The position numbers and the translations under genes were made by a program. The notes under the pieces were generated by a model. It was not told the DNA's origin, ran no database searches, and saw only the letters and a list, made by a program, of their open reading frames with translations. Source: Gemmatimonadota bacterium (GTDB lineage: Bacteria; Gemmatimonadota; Gemmatimonadetes; Palauibacterales; Palauibacteraceae). From it: a stretch of DNA of 64,000 nucleotides. Shown here piece after piece: positions 39,805-50,099 of the stretch (the stretch's first letter is position 1; each line of letters starts with the position of its first letter). The stretch lies in NCBI GenBank assembly GCA_965116475.1, contig OZ220691.1, positions 544,001 through 608,000 of the forward strand, read 5' to 3'.

Positions 39805-41364
39805 TTAGCCCCGTTCGTCAGCCTTCGCTTGCCCCCACTTGCGTTCGACTTCATCAATGACGGGGATCGCATTGACCGCTAGGTCCATGATGCTATCGAC
39901 GTAGTAGTCCGTGATGGGCCCATGGCCATCCTTCCATTCTCGGTACAAGTCCGCGAGGAGGGAATCCCATCTGGTCATTTCGTCGCGAGCTTGGCGGACA
40001 TAGGGCCACCAGAGCAGGGTTCCACCGGGATCGAGGTCACGCCGAAGCCTGTCCTCCAATGCTCCACGCCGCTCTCTATCCGCAGCGGTCATGTTGTTCT
40101 TGTCTAGCGGATGCAGCACACCCCACCTCCATTGATTCGGTCCCGGCCCAACCGATTGCAGTACAACACCCGTGCACCCCTCAAGTGGAGGATGGTCCTT
40201 CTTCTTCCTTTCCCACGGAGGCCACCCCACGCGGTACAGCCAGAGGAAGTTCGACCATTTTGCTTCTCCGCCGTACCTGCACTCGACACGAAGGTCCGGA
40301 GCGAGATCGGGCAGTTGCTCCTGTACCCGCCGGTGGACCTCAGCGCGCAGGTGTTCCAGAAAGCCCCCGCACAGCTCCGCCTTCAGCTTCGGCCAGACAT
40401 CCGAGACGGTCTGCGCGGTTGAAAGCTGATTCGGGTTGGCGAAGAGGTAATCCTGGATTGCCCGCGTGTCGCTGTCCGTCGCCATCGAATGTCCTCCAAA
40501 TTGTTGTCGGCAGAATGCTTCGGCATCCCGCAGGAACCACCGGAGCCGGTCGGCGTGGCACTGGGTCCGACAGGCGGCGAACCAATCGGCCAGGGAGAAC
40601 CGAGTCCGGAAATCGGCGAACACATCGTCCGCGAGAGCTTGCTCATCGCTGGGCGCGTCGTCCGCCTCGCCCCCAGCCGCCTCGGTGTACTCGGCGGCCC
40701 GATCGGCGCTCCCAGGGACCCCCCAATAGGGCATGACGGCGAGCCGCCCCCGCCAACGAGGGAGTTCCTCCTTCGGCAGGCTATGAGGCGTCGGTCCTTC
40801 CCCCCGCGGCGAAAGATAGATGAGCAGAAAACGCTCCTCGTACTTCCCCTTGAGGTACTTCAGGTAGTCCCGCACCTGGTGCCGCTGATCATCCGCGAAG
40901 GGCTTGTTCTCGATGGCCAGGCACCACGGCCCGGCGCCGGTCTCGACGTCCACCGTGATGTCGATGCGACGCCTCTTGGGGATCACGCGCTCCAACTGCA
41001 CACGTACCGGCTTCGAGAAGTCCGGCCTCGGCTTTGATGTGCCGCCTTCCGCGAACAACTGTTCCAGGAGGATCCCGAGCAGGGACGTGCCCTGGCCGTG
41101 TCGGGCCGCGGGGTTGAGCAGGTCGCCGATGATTCTCGAAAGCAGCACTTCGCTCGGGCGATCCTCGCCCATGTAGTCGAACACGTTGAAGCGATGCGCG
41201 AGATGCCGGTCAAGCTCCCGCTCCAGCTTCCGGGCCGCCTCCAGCACGGGATTCAGCTCGACGAAGAGCTGCTCAAGCCGGCGTCGGTCGGCTTGCCGTG
41301 CCTCATCCATCCGCGCCTCCAGCCCCGCGAAGAATGCAGGGATCCCCGCAGCGCGCTCCGTCAC
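39805..41364 (-). CDS. PD-(D/E)XK nuclease superfamily protein (PDDEXK_4-like)
   Basis: FNVF, E..LSRIIGDLLNP..RHGQG, RRIDI, AIENK..A.DQ..QV.DY, LIYLSP; GTG start with GGGAG. Confidence 0.85.
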   Translation of the reverse strand: MTERAAGIPAFFAGLEARMDEARQADRRRLEQLFVELNPVLEAARKLERELDRHLAHRFNVFDYMGEDRPSEVLLSRIIGDLLNPAARHGQGTSLLGILLEQLFAEGGTSKPRPDFSKPVRVQLERVIPKRRRIDITVDVETGAGPWCLAIENKPFADDQRHQVRDYLKYLKGKYEERFLLIYLSPRGEGPTPHSLPKEELPRWRGRLAVMPYWGVPGSADRAAEYTEAAGGEADDAPSDEQALADDVFADFRTRFSLADWFAACRTQCHADRLRWFLRDAEAFCRQQFGGHSMATDSDTRAIQDYLFANPNQLSTAQTVSDVWPKLKAELCGGFLEHLRAEVHRRVQEQLPDLAPDLRVECRYGGEAKWSNFLWLYRVGWPPWERKKKDHPPLEGCTGVVLQSVGPGPNQWRWGVLHPLDKNNMTAADRERRGALEDRLRRDLDPGGTLLWWPYVRQARDEMTRWDSLLADLYREWKDGHGPITDYYVDSIMDLAVNAIPVIDEVERKWGQAKADERG

Positions 41365-41451
41365 GCAACATCTCCCTGCGTCGTCTCGACCATGCTGGCG
41401 AACTTCACGCCTCCCTGCCCTCCGCCTCCCCCAGGAGGAAAGCTCGCAGTA

Positions 41452-41660
41452 GGTGTTCCCGTTCTTCGATGAGCACGGGGTGAAGGTCGAGACGGTCCTG
41501 AGCGACAACGGGCGCGAGTACTGCGGCCGCGAGGATCGGCACCCCTGCGAGCAGAAGGGGAGCCGGAAGCCGAGGAGCCGGAAGAAGTCAACGGGAAAGA
41601 GGCTGAAGACGGCGGCCTGAAGCGCTGATCTCGGCGAGGCCGGGTGTCAGGTGATTCACA
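41452..41660 (+). mobile_element. IS481-family remnant, copy 5 (integrase-core fragment joined to right end)
   Basis: VFPFFDEHGVKVETVLSDNGREYCGREDRHP jumps to KPRSRKKSTGKRLKTAA*, then GCCGGGTGTCAGGTGATT. Confidence 0.85.
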
Positions 41661-41727
41661 TGCGTTCCTTTCCGCCGTCAACCCGGAATCAACTGCGCGT
41701 TCGATCTGGCCGGCGGTCCTCGTTTCG

Positions 41728-42873
41728 CTACGGGTCCACCTGCCGATGGAATCTCTTCACGCCGTCCTCGATGGTCATGATGACGGCGCTCTTGGTCGGG
41801 TGGCGGGCGTCGTTGTAGTGGGAGATGCGCGTGGCTCCGGCGTATTGTCGGGTGGCCAGCATCTCCCGGCGGACGGCATCGGCGTCGAGACTGCCCGCCC
41901 GCGCCGCAGCCTCCAGAAACAACCGGACCGCATCATAGCTCACCGCGTCGCCGCCCGTCGGCATGATGCCGTACCGAGTCCGGTAGGTGTCGACGAACGC
42001 CCGCGCCGTCGGCTCGTCTGTGTCCGGTGAGAAGTGACCCGTGAAGAAGCTGCCATCCACGGCGGCGCTCCGGTTGTCGAGCAGCGCGGGGTTGTCCCAG
42101 GCATCGGCCCCGAGCAGCAAGACCGGTTCTCCGGCGGCGTCGAGCACCGGCAGAGCCCTTGCCTGCGCGCTCAGGAGGGCCACCTCCTCAGCCCGGCCCG
42201 GCACGAACACTGCGCGGGGAGTCACAGCCGCGATGCGCGCCAGTTGCGCGGAGAAATCCGTCGCGCCACGCTCGTACGAATCCTCGGCCACGATCGCGCC
42301 GCCGGAGCTGAGGAAATGATCGACGAAGAACTCCCCGATCCCCTCGCTGTATACGTCCCCCCGCTGGGTCAGAACGGCGGCGGTCGTCACTCCGAGCGCC
42401 CCCGCGGCGAACTCCGCCATGACGCGCCCCTGGAACTGGTCGGTGAACGCGGCCATGAAGACAAGGTCGCCAGCCGAGGTCACGCCCGGATTGGTGGCCG
42501 CCGTCGTGATCATCGGCACGCCGCGGCGCTGGGCGACGGCCCCCACCTCGATAGCGTGCGAAGAGCGGTTGGGGCCGATGACGGCGACGACCTGGTCACT
42601 GTCGATCAAGACCTCCGCGGCCTCGACCGCAGCCGCCGCTTCCTCGAGCCCCTCCCGGACGACGAGCTCGACGGTACGGCCCAACAGGCCCCCGCGGCCG
42701 TTGGTTTCGTCCACCGCGATCATCGCTCCGTTCGGATAGGTCCGGACACCCGAGACGAGGAAGCCGACTCTCACCGGGGCATCGTCGGCGTCCCCACCGG
42801 CTGTCGGCGACGTCCCATCGCCGCAGGCCGTCAGGAAGAGGGCCGCGACGCAGGCAGCATGAAGCAGTCTCAT
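41728..42873 (-). CDS. Branched-chain amino acid ABC-type substrate-binding lipoprotein
   Basis: Lipobox LTAC; GGLLGR.VELV, VIGP.RSS, PMIT.AATNP.VT, DFSAQL, SYDAV. Confidence 0.88.
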   Translation of the reverse strand: MRLLHAACVAALFLTACGDGTSPTAGGDADDAPVRVGFLVSGVRTYPNGAMIAVDETNGRGGLLGRTVELVVREGLEEAAAAVEAAEVLIDSDQVVAVIGPNRSSHAIEVGAVAQRRGVPMITTAATNPGVTSAGDLVFMAAFTDQFQGRVMAEFAAGALGVTTAAVLTQRGDVYSEGIGEFFVDHFLSSGGAIVAEDSYERGATDFSAQLARIAAVTPRAVFVPGRAEEVALLSAQARALPVLDAAGEPVLLLGADAWDNPALLDNRSAAVDGSFFTGHFSPDTDEPTARAFVDTYRTRYGIMPTGGDAVSYDAVRLFLEAAARAGSLDADAVRREMLATRQYAGATRISHYNDARHPTKSAVIMTIEDGVKRFHRQVDP

Positions 42874-43128
42874 GGAGATAAACCTAATCGTTTTCTTGTG
42901 GACAATACATGTACTGCCGGCATGTTTTCGTGTCGATCTGATGTGTAGCGGTCGAGCGGGTCCCGGAGATCCGGTGTCCAGCTTCTGGCGGAGGTCGAGG
43001 GCTGCCGCACGCCCCTCCCCCGACAGGGGGTTGCCAACATCGCGGACGGGAAGAGTATGTCGCGTTCCCACGATCCGTCGCGGCCGTCGGAGGGGCCGCG
43101 GATCGAGCCGATACAGGAGGAGTAGAGC

Positions 43129-43686
43129 ATGAACAGGTACGTCGGACGAATCTTCCTGGGGGTGCTTGGCGTGGCGGTGGCCGGCGCCGTCCTTGCGCTG
43201 GGTGATGCCTGGACGGCGGTCGGCGTGGCCGAAGGGGTGAACCCGTTCCGCGCCGCACTCAGCCAGCTTGGGGTCTTGTACATCGTTGCGATGTTCGTCG
43301 AACGGTCGCTCGAGGTGCTCCTCAAGGCATGGCGGCAGGGCGGGAAGATCCGCCTCGAGGAAGAGGCGCGTTCAGCCGGAGAGGACGCAGCTGGAGAGGA
43401 CGGCAGGGCCGCAGCCGAGGCGAAGCTCCGGCAATACAGGCTGGGGACGCAGCGGCGGGCGCTTCTCTTCGGTTTGACGCTCGGCATCATGGTGTCGCTC
43501 GGTGGCGTGCGGCTGCTTGGCTCGATCTTCGAGTTCGGCACCGGAACCGCGCCCTTCCAGCGAGATCTGTTCCGGTTCACCGACGTCATCGTGACGGCCG
43601 GCCTGATCGCCGGGGGATCCGCTACCATCCACAAGCTGATGGCGTTCATCGAAGACCTGCTGAAGGCCAACCGAACCGCTCGATAA
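43129..43686 (+). CDS. Hypothetical membrane protein
   Basis: AGGAGG Shine-Dalgarno; FVERSLEV and DVIVTAGLIAGGS..IH motifs; about 4 TM segments. Confidence 0.75.
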   Translation: MNRYVGRIFLGVLGVAVAGAVLALGDAWTAVGVAEGVNPFRAALSQLGVLYIVAMFVERSLEVLLKAWRQGGKIRLEEEARSAGEDAAGEDGRAAAEAKLRQYRLGTQRRALLFGLTLGIMVSLGGVRLLGSIFEFGTGTAPFQRDLFRFTDVIVTAGLIAGGSATIHKLMAFIEDLLKANRTAR

Positions 43687-43697
43687 CGGCGACACGC

Positions 43698-45509
43698 ATG
43701 CATGATCCAAATGGCCCGCCCCCGGCGGCTGGCAACGGACGGGACGCCACCGGCGCCGCGGCGCACGGACCGGACTCGCTGGTCTTCAAGTCGGACCGGC
43801 CGTGGCCCAACGCCCGCCTGCGCGTGGGGGCGATCATCGGGCACGCCACATCGGATTCGGTGCGGTTGTGGCTGCGCACGGGGAGGCCGGGACGCTTCAC
43901 GCTGCTGCTCTACGATTGCGGCGAGGCGATGGGGTCGTCGTCGGTGCGGGCGGAACTGCGGGCCGCGCTCGGCCGGGTGCCGGTGTCGGCGGAGGAGACT
44001 GCCGACGCCCTGGCCGCGTTGCGCGCCGTGCCGTTCGAGGTGGCCGGCTACGCCGACGACACGACGCGCGTGCTGGACCTCGCGGATCTGCGGCCGGACA
44101 CGCGCTACGGCTACGCGCTGCACTCGGAGGACGACGGCGGCAAGGTGATCCTGGGACACAACCGCCTGCGCAGCTTTCGCACGCCTCCCGCCGAGGACGA
44201 GCGGCGCCCGTTCCATGTCGCGCTCTTCTCCTGTCACATGCCGTACCGCGTGAGCGGGCTGTTCCGGAAGCGGACGGATGTGGGCGACATCGATACGTGG
44301 GACTTCCTCGCCGCGACGCTCGCCCGGCACCGCGACAACGTCGACGTGGTGATCGCCGGCGGCGACCAGTGCTACAGCGACGGGGTGGCGACGCTGGACA
44401 TCTGGAAGCTGCTGAACCGCAGCATGCGCCGCGAGGGGGGCGAGTTGCTGCCCGACGAGCGCTCCATGCGCAGCTGGTACCGCGACATCTACCGGGGATA
44501 CTGGGGCTTCGAGGGCGTGCGCCGCGTCCTCGACGCCTACCCGACCTACATGATCTGGGACGACCACGAGATCGGCGACGGCTGGGGATCGCACTATCTC
44601 ACGGACGATCCCCCGTACGACGCCCCGTACGACAGCCTCGCACACATTCTTCCGGATCTCGAAGACCGGGGGCTGACCCGCGACGAGGGGCGGCGCCTGG
44701 TCCGCCGCATGTTCCGCGCGGCGTGCCACGTGTACCGGGAATACCAGCACAGCCACAATCCCCCGACGGAGGCCGTTGCGGAGGCCAGCGGGGATGCGCA
44801 CGACGTGTGGGACTACTCCTTCGCCAGGGGCGGGGCGGCGTTCTACGTCCTGGATGGCCGCGGCCACCGCGACATCGAGCGCGACGGCTTCCGGATCCTG
44901 GGCGAGGCCCAGTTTCGGCGCTTCGAGGCGTGGGCGGACGCGCTCGAGCCGGAGGAGACGCCGTTCATGTTCGTGGTCTCGGCGGTGCCCGTGCTCCACG
45001 CGAGGTCGGCCCTGGCGAACGCGGATCTCGAGTTCCCGCTCCGCGCGGCGGGCCTCGGCGACGATCTGCGCGATTCGTGGGAGCACAGCCTCCACGACGA
45101 GGAGCGGGCCGCCCTCATGGAGGTGCTGTTCCGGGCGGCGCGGCGCGGCGTGCGTCCCCTCGTCCTGAGCGGCGACGTGCACTGCTCGGCCGTCTTCAGC
45201 CTCAACGACGACGACGGGCACCGCGTCTGGCAACTCACCTCGAGCGCCGTGACCTACCACGTGCCGCGCGCGCTGGGCTGGGCGCTCCGCTTCGGCGCGG
45301 CCGACGACGGCGAGACCCCGGAGGGATACGGATTCAGGCGGCTCGCCCTCTACACGGGCACGTCCTACGCCCTCATCGAGGTCAATCCCGGCGCGGGAGA
45401 GGCCTGGTTCAAGCTGTACGGAAACCAGGTCGTCGAGGAACCGACCCCGGACCCGGGCCGGCGCGCCGTACCGCTAAGCCACTCGGTCGCCAAAATCAAA
45501 CTCTTCTGA
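43698..45509 (+). CDS. PhoD-like metallophosphatase (alkaline phosphatase D family)
   Basis: FSCH, GDQCYSD, YMIWDDHEI, VLDGR, LSGDVH, QLTSSA. Confidence 0.88.
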   Translation: MHDPNGPPPAAGNGRDATGAAAHGPDSLVFKSDRPWPNARLRVGAIIGHATSDSVRLWLRTGRPGRFTLLLYDCGEAMGSSSVRAELRAALGRVPVSAEETADALAALRAVPFEVAGYADDTTRVLDLADLRPDTRYGYALHSEDDGGKVILGHNRLRSFRTPPAEDERRPFHVALFSCHMPYRVSGLFRKRTDVGDIDTWDFLAATLARHRDNVDVVIAGGDQCYSDGVATLDIWKLLNRSMRREGGELLPDERSMRSWYRDIYRGYWGFEGVRRVLDAYPTYMIWDDHEIGDGWGSHYLTDDPPYDAPYDSLAHILPDLEDRGLTRDEGRRLVRRMFRAACHVYREYQHSHNPPTEAVAEASGDAHDVWDYSFARGGAAFYVLDGRGHRDIERDGFRILGEAQFRRFEAWADALEPEETPFMFVVSAVPVLHARSALANADLEFPLRAAGLGDDLRDSWEHSLHDEERAALMEVLFRAARRGVRPLVLSGDVHCSAVFSLNDDDGHRVWQLTSSAVTYHVPRALGWALRFGAADDGETPEGYGFRRLALYTGTSYALIEVNPGAGEAWFKLYGNQVVEEPTPDPGRRAVPLSHSVAKIKLF

Positions 45510-45546
45510 CGACGCCGGCCGGCGTGTCCGGCCCCCGCCCCTCGTA

Positions 45547-46146
45547 CTATCCGCCCAACTGGGCGTCGACGATTATCGCGGACAGCAGTGCGAGGCCTGC
45601 CCCCACCGCGAACCCGAGCGCGAGCCATGCCAGGTTGACCATCTGCTTGCCGGTCGTGTCGCCAATCGCCGCCAGCCGCGACATCAGGGCGGTCTCGGCC
45701 TGCGGATCTCCACCCTCCTCACCCTCCTCACCCTCTTCCACAGACTCCGAATCTGTGCTCATCCCGCTCGCCAGGGCCCGGCGAACGCTCCTGTTGACGC
45801 GTCCGCCCATCAGGAGGGCGAGCATGAAAAGCAGCAATGCGAACCAACCCACCGCGTCCGACACGACGATCACGGTCATGCCGGCGATCCCGACGAGGAC
45901 GCCCACCGCGAACACGAGTCGGAAACGCCCCGGGAGTCCGTCCGACGCCTCGCTTTGGGCGTCCAGGTAGCTCCTCACTTCCAGCTGGGAGATCTGGCTG
46001 GCGAGGGCGCCCATCAGGAGGCCGAAGAGAATGATCCAGAGCGCCGCGGCTCCGGCGGTCGCCATGGCCATTGTGAAGAATGTGGCAAGCCCGAGGCCGA
46101 AGACCGGCAGGACCAGCGACGGGATGCGCTTCGAACCTTCGGTCAT
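45547..46146 (-). CDS. Hypothetical membrane protein
   Basis: About 5 hydrophobic segments; GAGGGGG upstream. Confidence 0.65.
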   Translation of the reverse strand: MTEGSKRIPSLVLPVFGLGLATFFTMAMATAGAAALWIILFGLLMGALASQISQLEVRSYLDAQSEASDGLPGRFRLVFAVGVLVGIAGMTVIVVSDAVGWFALLLFMLALLMGGRVNRSVRRALASGMSTDSESVEEGEEGEEGGDPQAETALMSRLAAIGDTTGKQMVNLAWLALGFAVGAGLALLSAIIVDAQLGG

Positions 46147-46156
46147 GGATCCCCCC

Positions 46157-47071
46157 TCAGTACAGGCCGCTCGCCTTCAGATAATCCAGGGTCGCGGCCG
46201 CGCTCGCCTCCGGCTGCTCCAGCTGCAGGAGGTGCGTTCCTCCGGGCAGGTAGGCGTAGTCCACGGTCGGAATGTGATGGAGTTCGGTGGTCGGAAAATA
46301 GGTGTGCGGGATGGCGGGGTCGGCCCCCATGACCATCGTCGGACAGGCGAGAGCCCCGAAGTCGATCAACGCCGCGTACTGTCCGCCGTACCTGTAGATC
46401 TGGGCCTCGTATTCGCGGGGACAACGGAGAATGTAGCCGTCCCCGTCCGGGCTTCGGCGCAGCGTCGTCCGGGCCATGAGACGGCGGACGCCGGGGACCA
46501 CATGCTGGAAGGCGGGCATGTGACGAAGCACCTCCGCGAAGTCCGCGCGGGTCGGATACCGGTCCGCGCGCGCAAGCGTCATCGTGGCCGCCCGCCTCGC
46601 CACGTCGGGACACTCCTCCCGGGCGGGGCCGAACTCGCACAGCGGCGGATCGAAAAGCACGCGGGCCGTGAACTCCCCCCCTCGCGTCGGGGACAGCAGG
46701 GAGACCAGCCCGGAGAGCGAATGGAACACGCCGGCCTGCGGCTTCTTCCCGAATCCCCGCTCGATGGCGTCCTGGATGCGCAGGTGGTCATCGATGAGTG
46801 TGGGCACATGGTGGCTGCGCAGCGGCCCGGGAGTGTTCCAGCCGTGGTTCCTGAGGTCGTAGAGCACGAGATCGAAGGCGTCCGCGAACTGCGACCAGAA
46901 CGGGTAATAGAGGTCGATCGCGAGGCTGTTGCCGTGGCTGAGCACGATGCGCGGGCCGGAGGGATTCCCGTGACGCCGGAGCGTGATCACGGCGCCGTCG
47001 CCCAGGCGCACGTCATGCACGGCAAGGGGCTCGGGCACCTGCCAGACCTGCGTGCGTTCAGGGTCACTCAT
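46157..47071 (-). CDS. Alpha/beta fold hydrolase
   Basis: LSHGN, YDLRNHG, FHSLSG (non-canonical nucleophile elbow), GTHLLQLEQP. Confidence 0.82.
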   Translation of the reverse strand: MSDPERTQVWQVPEPLAVHDVRLGDGAVITLRRHGNPSGPRIVLSHGNSLAIDLYYPFWSQFADAFDLVLYDLRNHGWNTPGPLRSHHVPTLIDDHLRIQDAIERGFGKKPQAGVFHSLSGLVSLLSPTRGGEFTARVLFDPPLCEFGPAREECPDVARRAATMTLARADRYPTRADFAEVLRHMPAFQHVVPGVRRLMARTTLRRSPDGDGYILRCPREYEAQIYRYGGQYAALIDFGALACPTMVMGADPAIPHTYFPTTELHHIPTVDYAYLPGGTHLLQLEQPEASAAATLDYLKASGLY

Positions 47072-47345
47072 GGCGGAGCCGGGCGAGGGTTGACGGTCGG
47101 CGCGATCACGGCGCAAGCCGCGGGGGCCGCGGAGTCCGCGGGGGGCCGGAGAACGCATAGGGTCGAACGCGATGCCCCGGCATGTCAACCCGCGGGCGAC
47201 CCACGATCGGCGAGACGGTTGCCGGCCGGCATCCGTCGCAATCGGTGGCCGGAAGGCGTTCTACATGAGTCCCCTGCGCGCCACGCGCGGCGGGCTCAAC
47301 TGACGCGATTCCGTGTTCCGGCCGGTTCAGAAAGCGAGTGTAGCC

Positions 47346-47987
47346 ATGAGGACCCGTTCCGCCCTGCTGGGCCTCCTGACGTTGGTCGTGGGCGGGTGCG
47401 CGAGCATCCCGAGCGAGGCGCCGGAGCTGTCGCAAACCCTCGGTCAGCGGATCAAGGCTCTGGAGAACGCCAACGTCACGCTCCTGGAGCGGTACTTCGA
47501 CCTCAAGCGCCGTGAGATCGACCGTTTTCTCGCCGAGAAATGGGTGCCGCGGTTCGCCCGGAACATCTTCGGCAACCCGCAGGTGGCCGCGGAGTGGCGC
47601 CGCATCGTCGAGGACGGGAGCGACGCGGACCGCCTCCAGTTTCTGGTCGATGCCGGCCCCGCCCTTCAGATGCAGATCAACGACAAGCGTCTGGAGCTGG
47701 TGGCGCCGCTCGACGCGCTGGAGCGTCAGATCGGCCGGAGCATCAAACGGGCGTATGACGAAGCGGCGGCGATCAACAACACGCTCACCAGCTTCCTCTG
47801 GTCCGCGGCCGAGGTCGCCGAGAACCGCGATCGCTTTCTCGAGGCGGGCGGCGTGACGGAGGACCGGGTGTCCAGCGTGATCGACGGGGTCGACAGCGCC
47901 GTGTCGCGCCTGGTTTCGGGCGCTGGCGAGGCCAACGAGTACCTGGAAAAGCTCGAAGAGATCAAGACGACGATCGCGGGCAGCTGA
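47346..47987 (+). CDS. Hypothetical helical lipoprotein
   Basis: Lipobox VGGC followed by ASIP.EAPELS..LG.RI. Confidence 0.75.
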   Translation: MRTRSALLGLLTLVVGGCASIPSEAPELSQTLGQRIKALENANVTLLERYFDLKRREIDRFLAEKWVPRFARNIFGNPQVAAEWRRIVEDGSDADRLQFLVDAGPALQMQINDKRLELVAPLDALERQIGRSIKRAYDEAAAINNTLTSFLWSAAEVAENRDRFLEAGGVTEDRVSSVIDGVDSAVSRLVSGAGEANEYLEKLEEIKTTIAGS

Positions 47988-48010
47988 CGCACGGGAGAGG
48001 AGAACGACCC

Positions 48011-48274
48011 ATGGGCCTGGACTGGAGCAAGATCGCCGCGGAGGCTGCGGAGGAGACCGACCGTCAGCTGGCCGGCGATATCTCGTCACTCACCACGATG
48101 ACCGACCGCGAGATCGATGAGCTGTTCCCCACCCACGACGACAAGCGGCGCCTGGCCGAGCTGATGGAGATCGTGAACGGCGCGGACCAGCGGAACGAGA
48201 AGATCAACCGGATCGTCGCCAATATCGACGACCTCGCCGGCACGGTCCTCAAGATCGCCCAAAAGCTGGGCTAG
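48011..48274 (+). CDS. Hypothetical protein (87 aa), co-oriented with the lipoprotein
   Basis: GAGGAG Shine-Dalgarno; typical GC-rich codon usage. Confidence 0.75.
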   Translation: MGLDWSKIAAEAAEETDRQLAGDISSLTTMTDREIDELFPTHDDKRRLAELMEIVNGADQRNEKINRIVANIDDLAGTVLKIAQKLG

Positions 48275-48343
48275 CTGTAGATGCCACGATGGTTGTTCAC
48301 TGGATCGACGCCCGCCGCGCGTGAGTAGCGGCTGACTCGCCGC

Positions 48344-48411
48344 GGACGTTCCCGCGGGAACGTCCCGCACGCTGAGACCCCGTTGAAACCGCGCTTGAGT
48401 CGCGCTGAGAC
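48344..48411. repeat. Palindrome copy 4 (22-bp perfect) plus TGAGAC-like array; inverted homolog of 5191-5258
   Basis: GGACGTTCCCGCGGGAACGTCC at 48344-48365; TGAGAC 48373, TGAAAC 48384, TGAGTC 48396, TGAGAC 48406. Confidence 0.9.
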
Positions 48412-48451
48412 GGCAACCTCGATCTCGCGGATCACCATGCCCGGCCTTATT

Positions 48452-49108
48452 TCAGCCGACGGGGACGATCGCGCCGGCCTGGATCGCCACGAACCTCGTC
48501 GTCTGGTCCGAAAACGACGTCAATCCGTGGTAGTAGATGGCTTCCACGCCGAGACTCAACCGGCTCGAGAGTGCGGCCTCTACGCCCCCGCCGACCGCGA
48601 CACCCGCGTCGGGCGTGTCGGGGTCGATGCCGGCGCAGGTCGTATTTTGCCTGCCGTCCGCGTCGCACCACAGCCGGAGCGCCACCCACGGGCCGGCCAG
48701 GAGGCGCACCGACAGCGGGCCGAGCGACCTGTCGCGGATGCGAGCGCCCAGAAACGATGAGAGCTGAAAGTAGCCCGCGGAAAGTCTGCCGCTGATGGGG
48801 TCGGGGTTCGCTCCGTGTTCAAACCCGGCGCCCCCCTTTACGGCGTACGAACCGCCGATGCGGACTTCGTACGGATCGACCGCGAGGGGCACCGTCAGGT
48901 CGGCTCCGAAGGTGAAGCTGCCCGCCGGGTCGTTCGGGAAGCCCGGGCAGGTCACGCCCGGCGGGCATGGCGCGAAGTAGACATCGTCTCGCAGATCCAT
49001 GCGCGCGATCCCCACTCCGGCGCGCACCCCAAGCGTCGTCTGCGCGGCGGCAGGCAACGGAACGGACAGCAGGATTCATCCCGCCAACACTGACGTCCGT
49101 ATTCGCAC
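48452..49108 (-). pseudogene. Outer-membrane beta-barrel (porin family) protein with in-frame TGA in the signal peptide
   Basis: GTG at 49108 gives MRIRTSVLAG*ILLSVPLPAAAQTTLGVRAG; paralog of 50891-51676 and 55608-56300. Confidence 0.65.
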
Positions 49109-49320
49109 ATCCCCCCCTTGGTCAAAGGCATGATAACGCCGGTCCGTCCTCCCGTTCCTACCGATCCGAGCACCGTATGGTCCTCCGCGCGAAGTATGGG
49201 TGGCCGGACAAAGTGTACCGGGGTACGGCATGTCGTATCTTGGCGGCGACACGAGACCGGGGTGCCGCCCCGGCCGACGCGCGACGAAACCGAAACCTGG
49301 GCTTCGGAGGCCCGCAAGCC

Positions 49321-49746
49321 GTGAGCATCGACACCACCTTCCTGCGCCGCTGCATCGCTTCGCTGGAGCGGGCGGTCGAGGGTTTCGAAGGGCAGGAGGA
49401 CCGCGAGGATGTCATGTACGACATCTACCGCGCCGCCTGCGTCAAGGGGTTCGAACTCGTGCTCGAGCAGAGCGGCAAGCTGCTTCGCAAACGGCTCGCC
49501 GCCTGGTTCGCCAGCAACCGCCAGGCGGATCGTCTGCACTTCAAGGACCTGTTCCGCCATGCGGCCCGCCACGACCTCATCGACTGCGAAGCGGCCGAGC
49601 GGTGGCTGCGCTACCGCGACAACCGGAACGAGACGGCGCACAACTACGGCGAGGACTTCGCCGAAGCCACCCTGAAGCTGCTGCCGGACTTCATCGGCGA
49701 CGCCCGGGCGCTCGCCGACATGATCGACCGGGCGGACGATGCCTGA
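49321..49746 (+). CDS. Nucleotidyltransferase substrate-binding / HEPN protein (HI0074 family)
   Basis: RAACVK.FELVLE, FKDLFR.AA, RDNRNETAHNY.E.FA. Confidence 0.88.
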   Translation: MSIDTTFLRRCIASLERAVEGFEGQEDREDVMYDIYRAACVKGFELVLEQSGKLLRKRLAAWFASNRQADRLHFKDLFRHAARHDLIDCEAAERWLRYRDNRNETAHNYGEDFAEATLKLLPDFIGDARALADMIDRADDA

Positions 49747-50068
49747 CCGCGTTCACCTGCCCGCCCGGCATCGGCGGGTTCTCGAGGCGCTGCTCCGGGA
49801 ACACCTGCCGGATGTCGAGGTGTGGGCCTACGGAAGCCGGGTGAGTGGCCTCGGCCACGACGGAAGCGACCTCGATCTGGTGCTGCGGGGGCCGAAACTT
49901 GAAGAGATCCCCGTCGATCGACTGATGGACTTCGAGGAGGCCGTGCGGGAGTCCACGATTCCGTTCCTCGTCGAGGCGCGGGACTGGGCGCGGCTCCCGG
50001 AGCGGTTCCATCGCGAGATCGAACGGGAGTACGTGGTGGTCGCAGCGGGAGGCCCCTGGAGCGCTTGA
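49739..50068 (+). CDS. Minimal nucleotidyltransferase (MNT)
   Basis: VWAYGSRV.G..HDGSDLDLV; overlaps the HEPN gene. Confidence 0.9.
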   Translation: MPDRVHLPARHRRVLEALLREHLPDVEVWAYGSRVSGLGHDGSDLDLVLRGPKLEEIPVDRLMDFEEAVRESTIPFLVEARDWARLPERFHREIEREYVVVAAGGPWSA

Positions 50069-50099
50069 CCGCCGAGGAAGTGTTTGCAGGTGCGGCGGT

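Noticed and set aside
33842-49108. In-frame stops considered as stop-codon recoding
   Set aside because: The lesions use different codons (TAA, TGA, and TAG at 31269-31271), and all three serve as normal stops elsewhere in the window.
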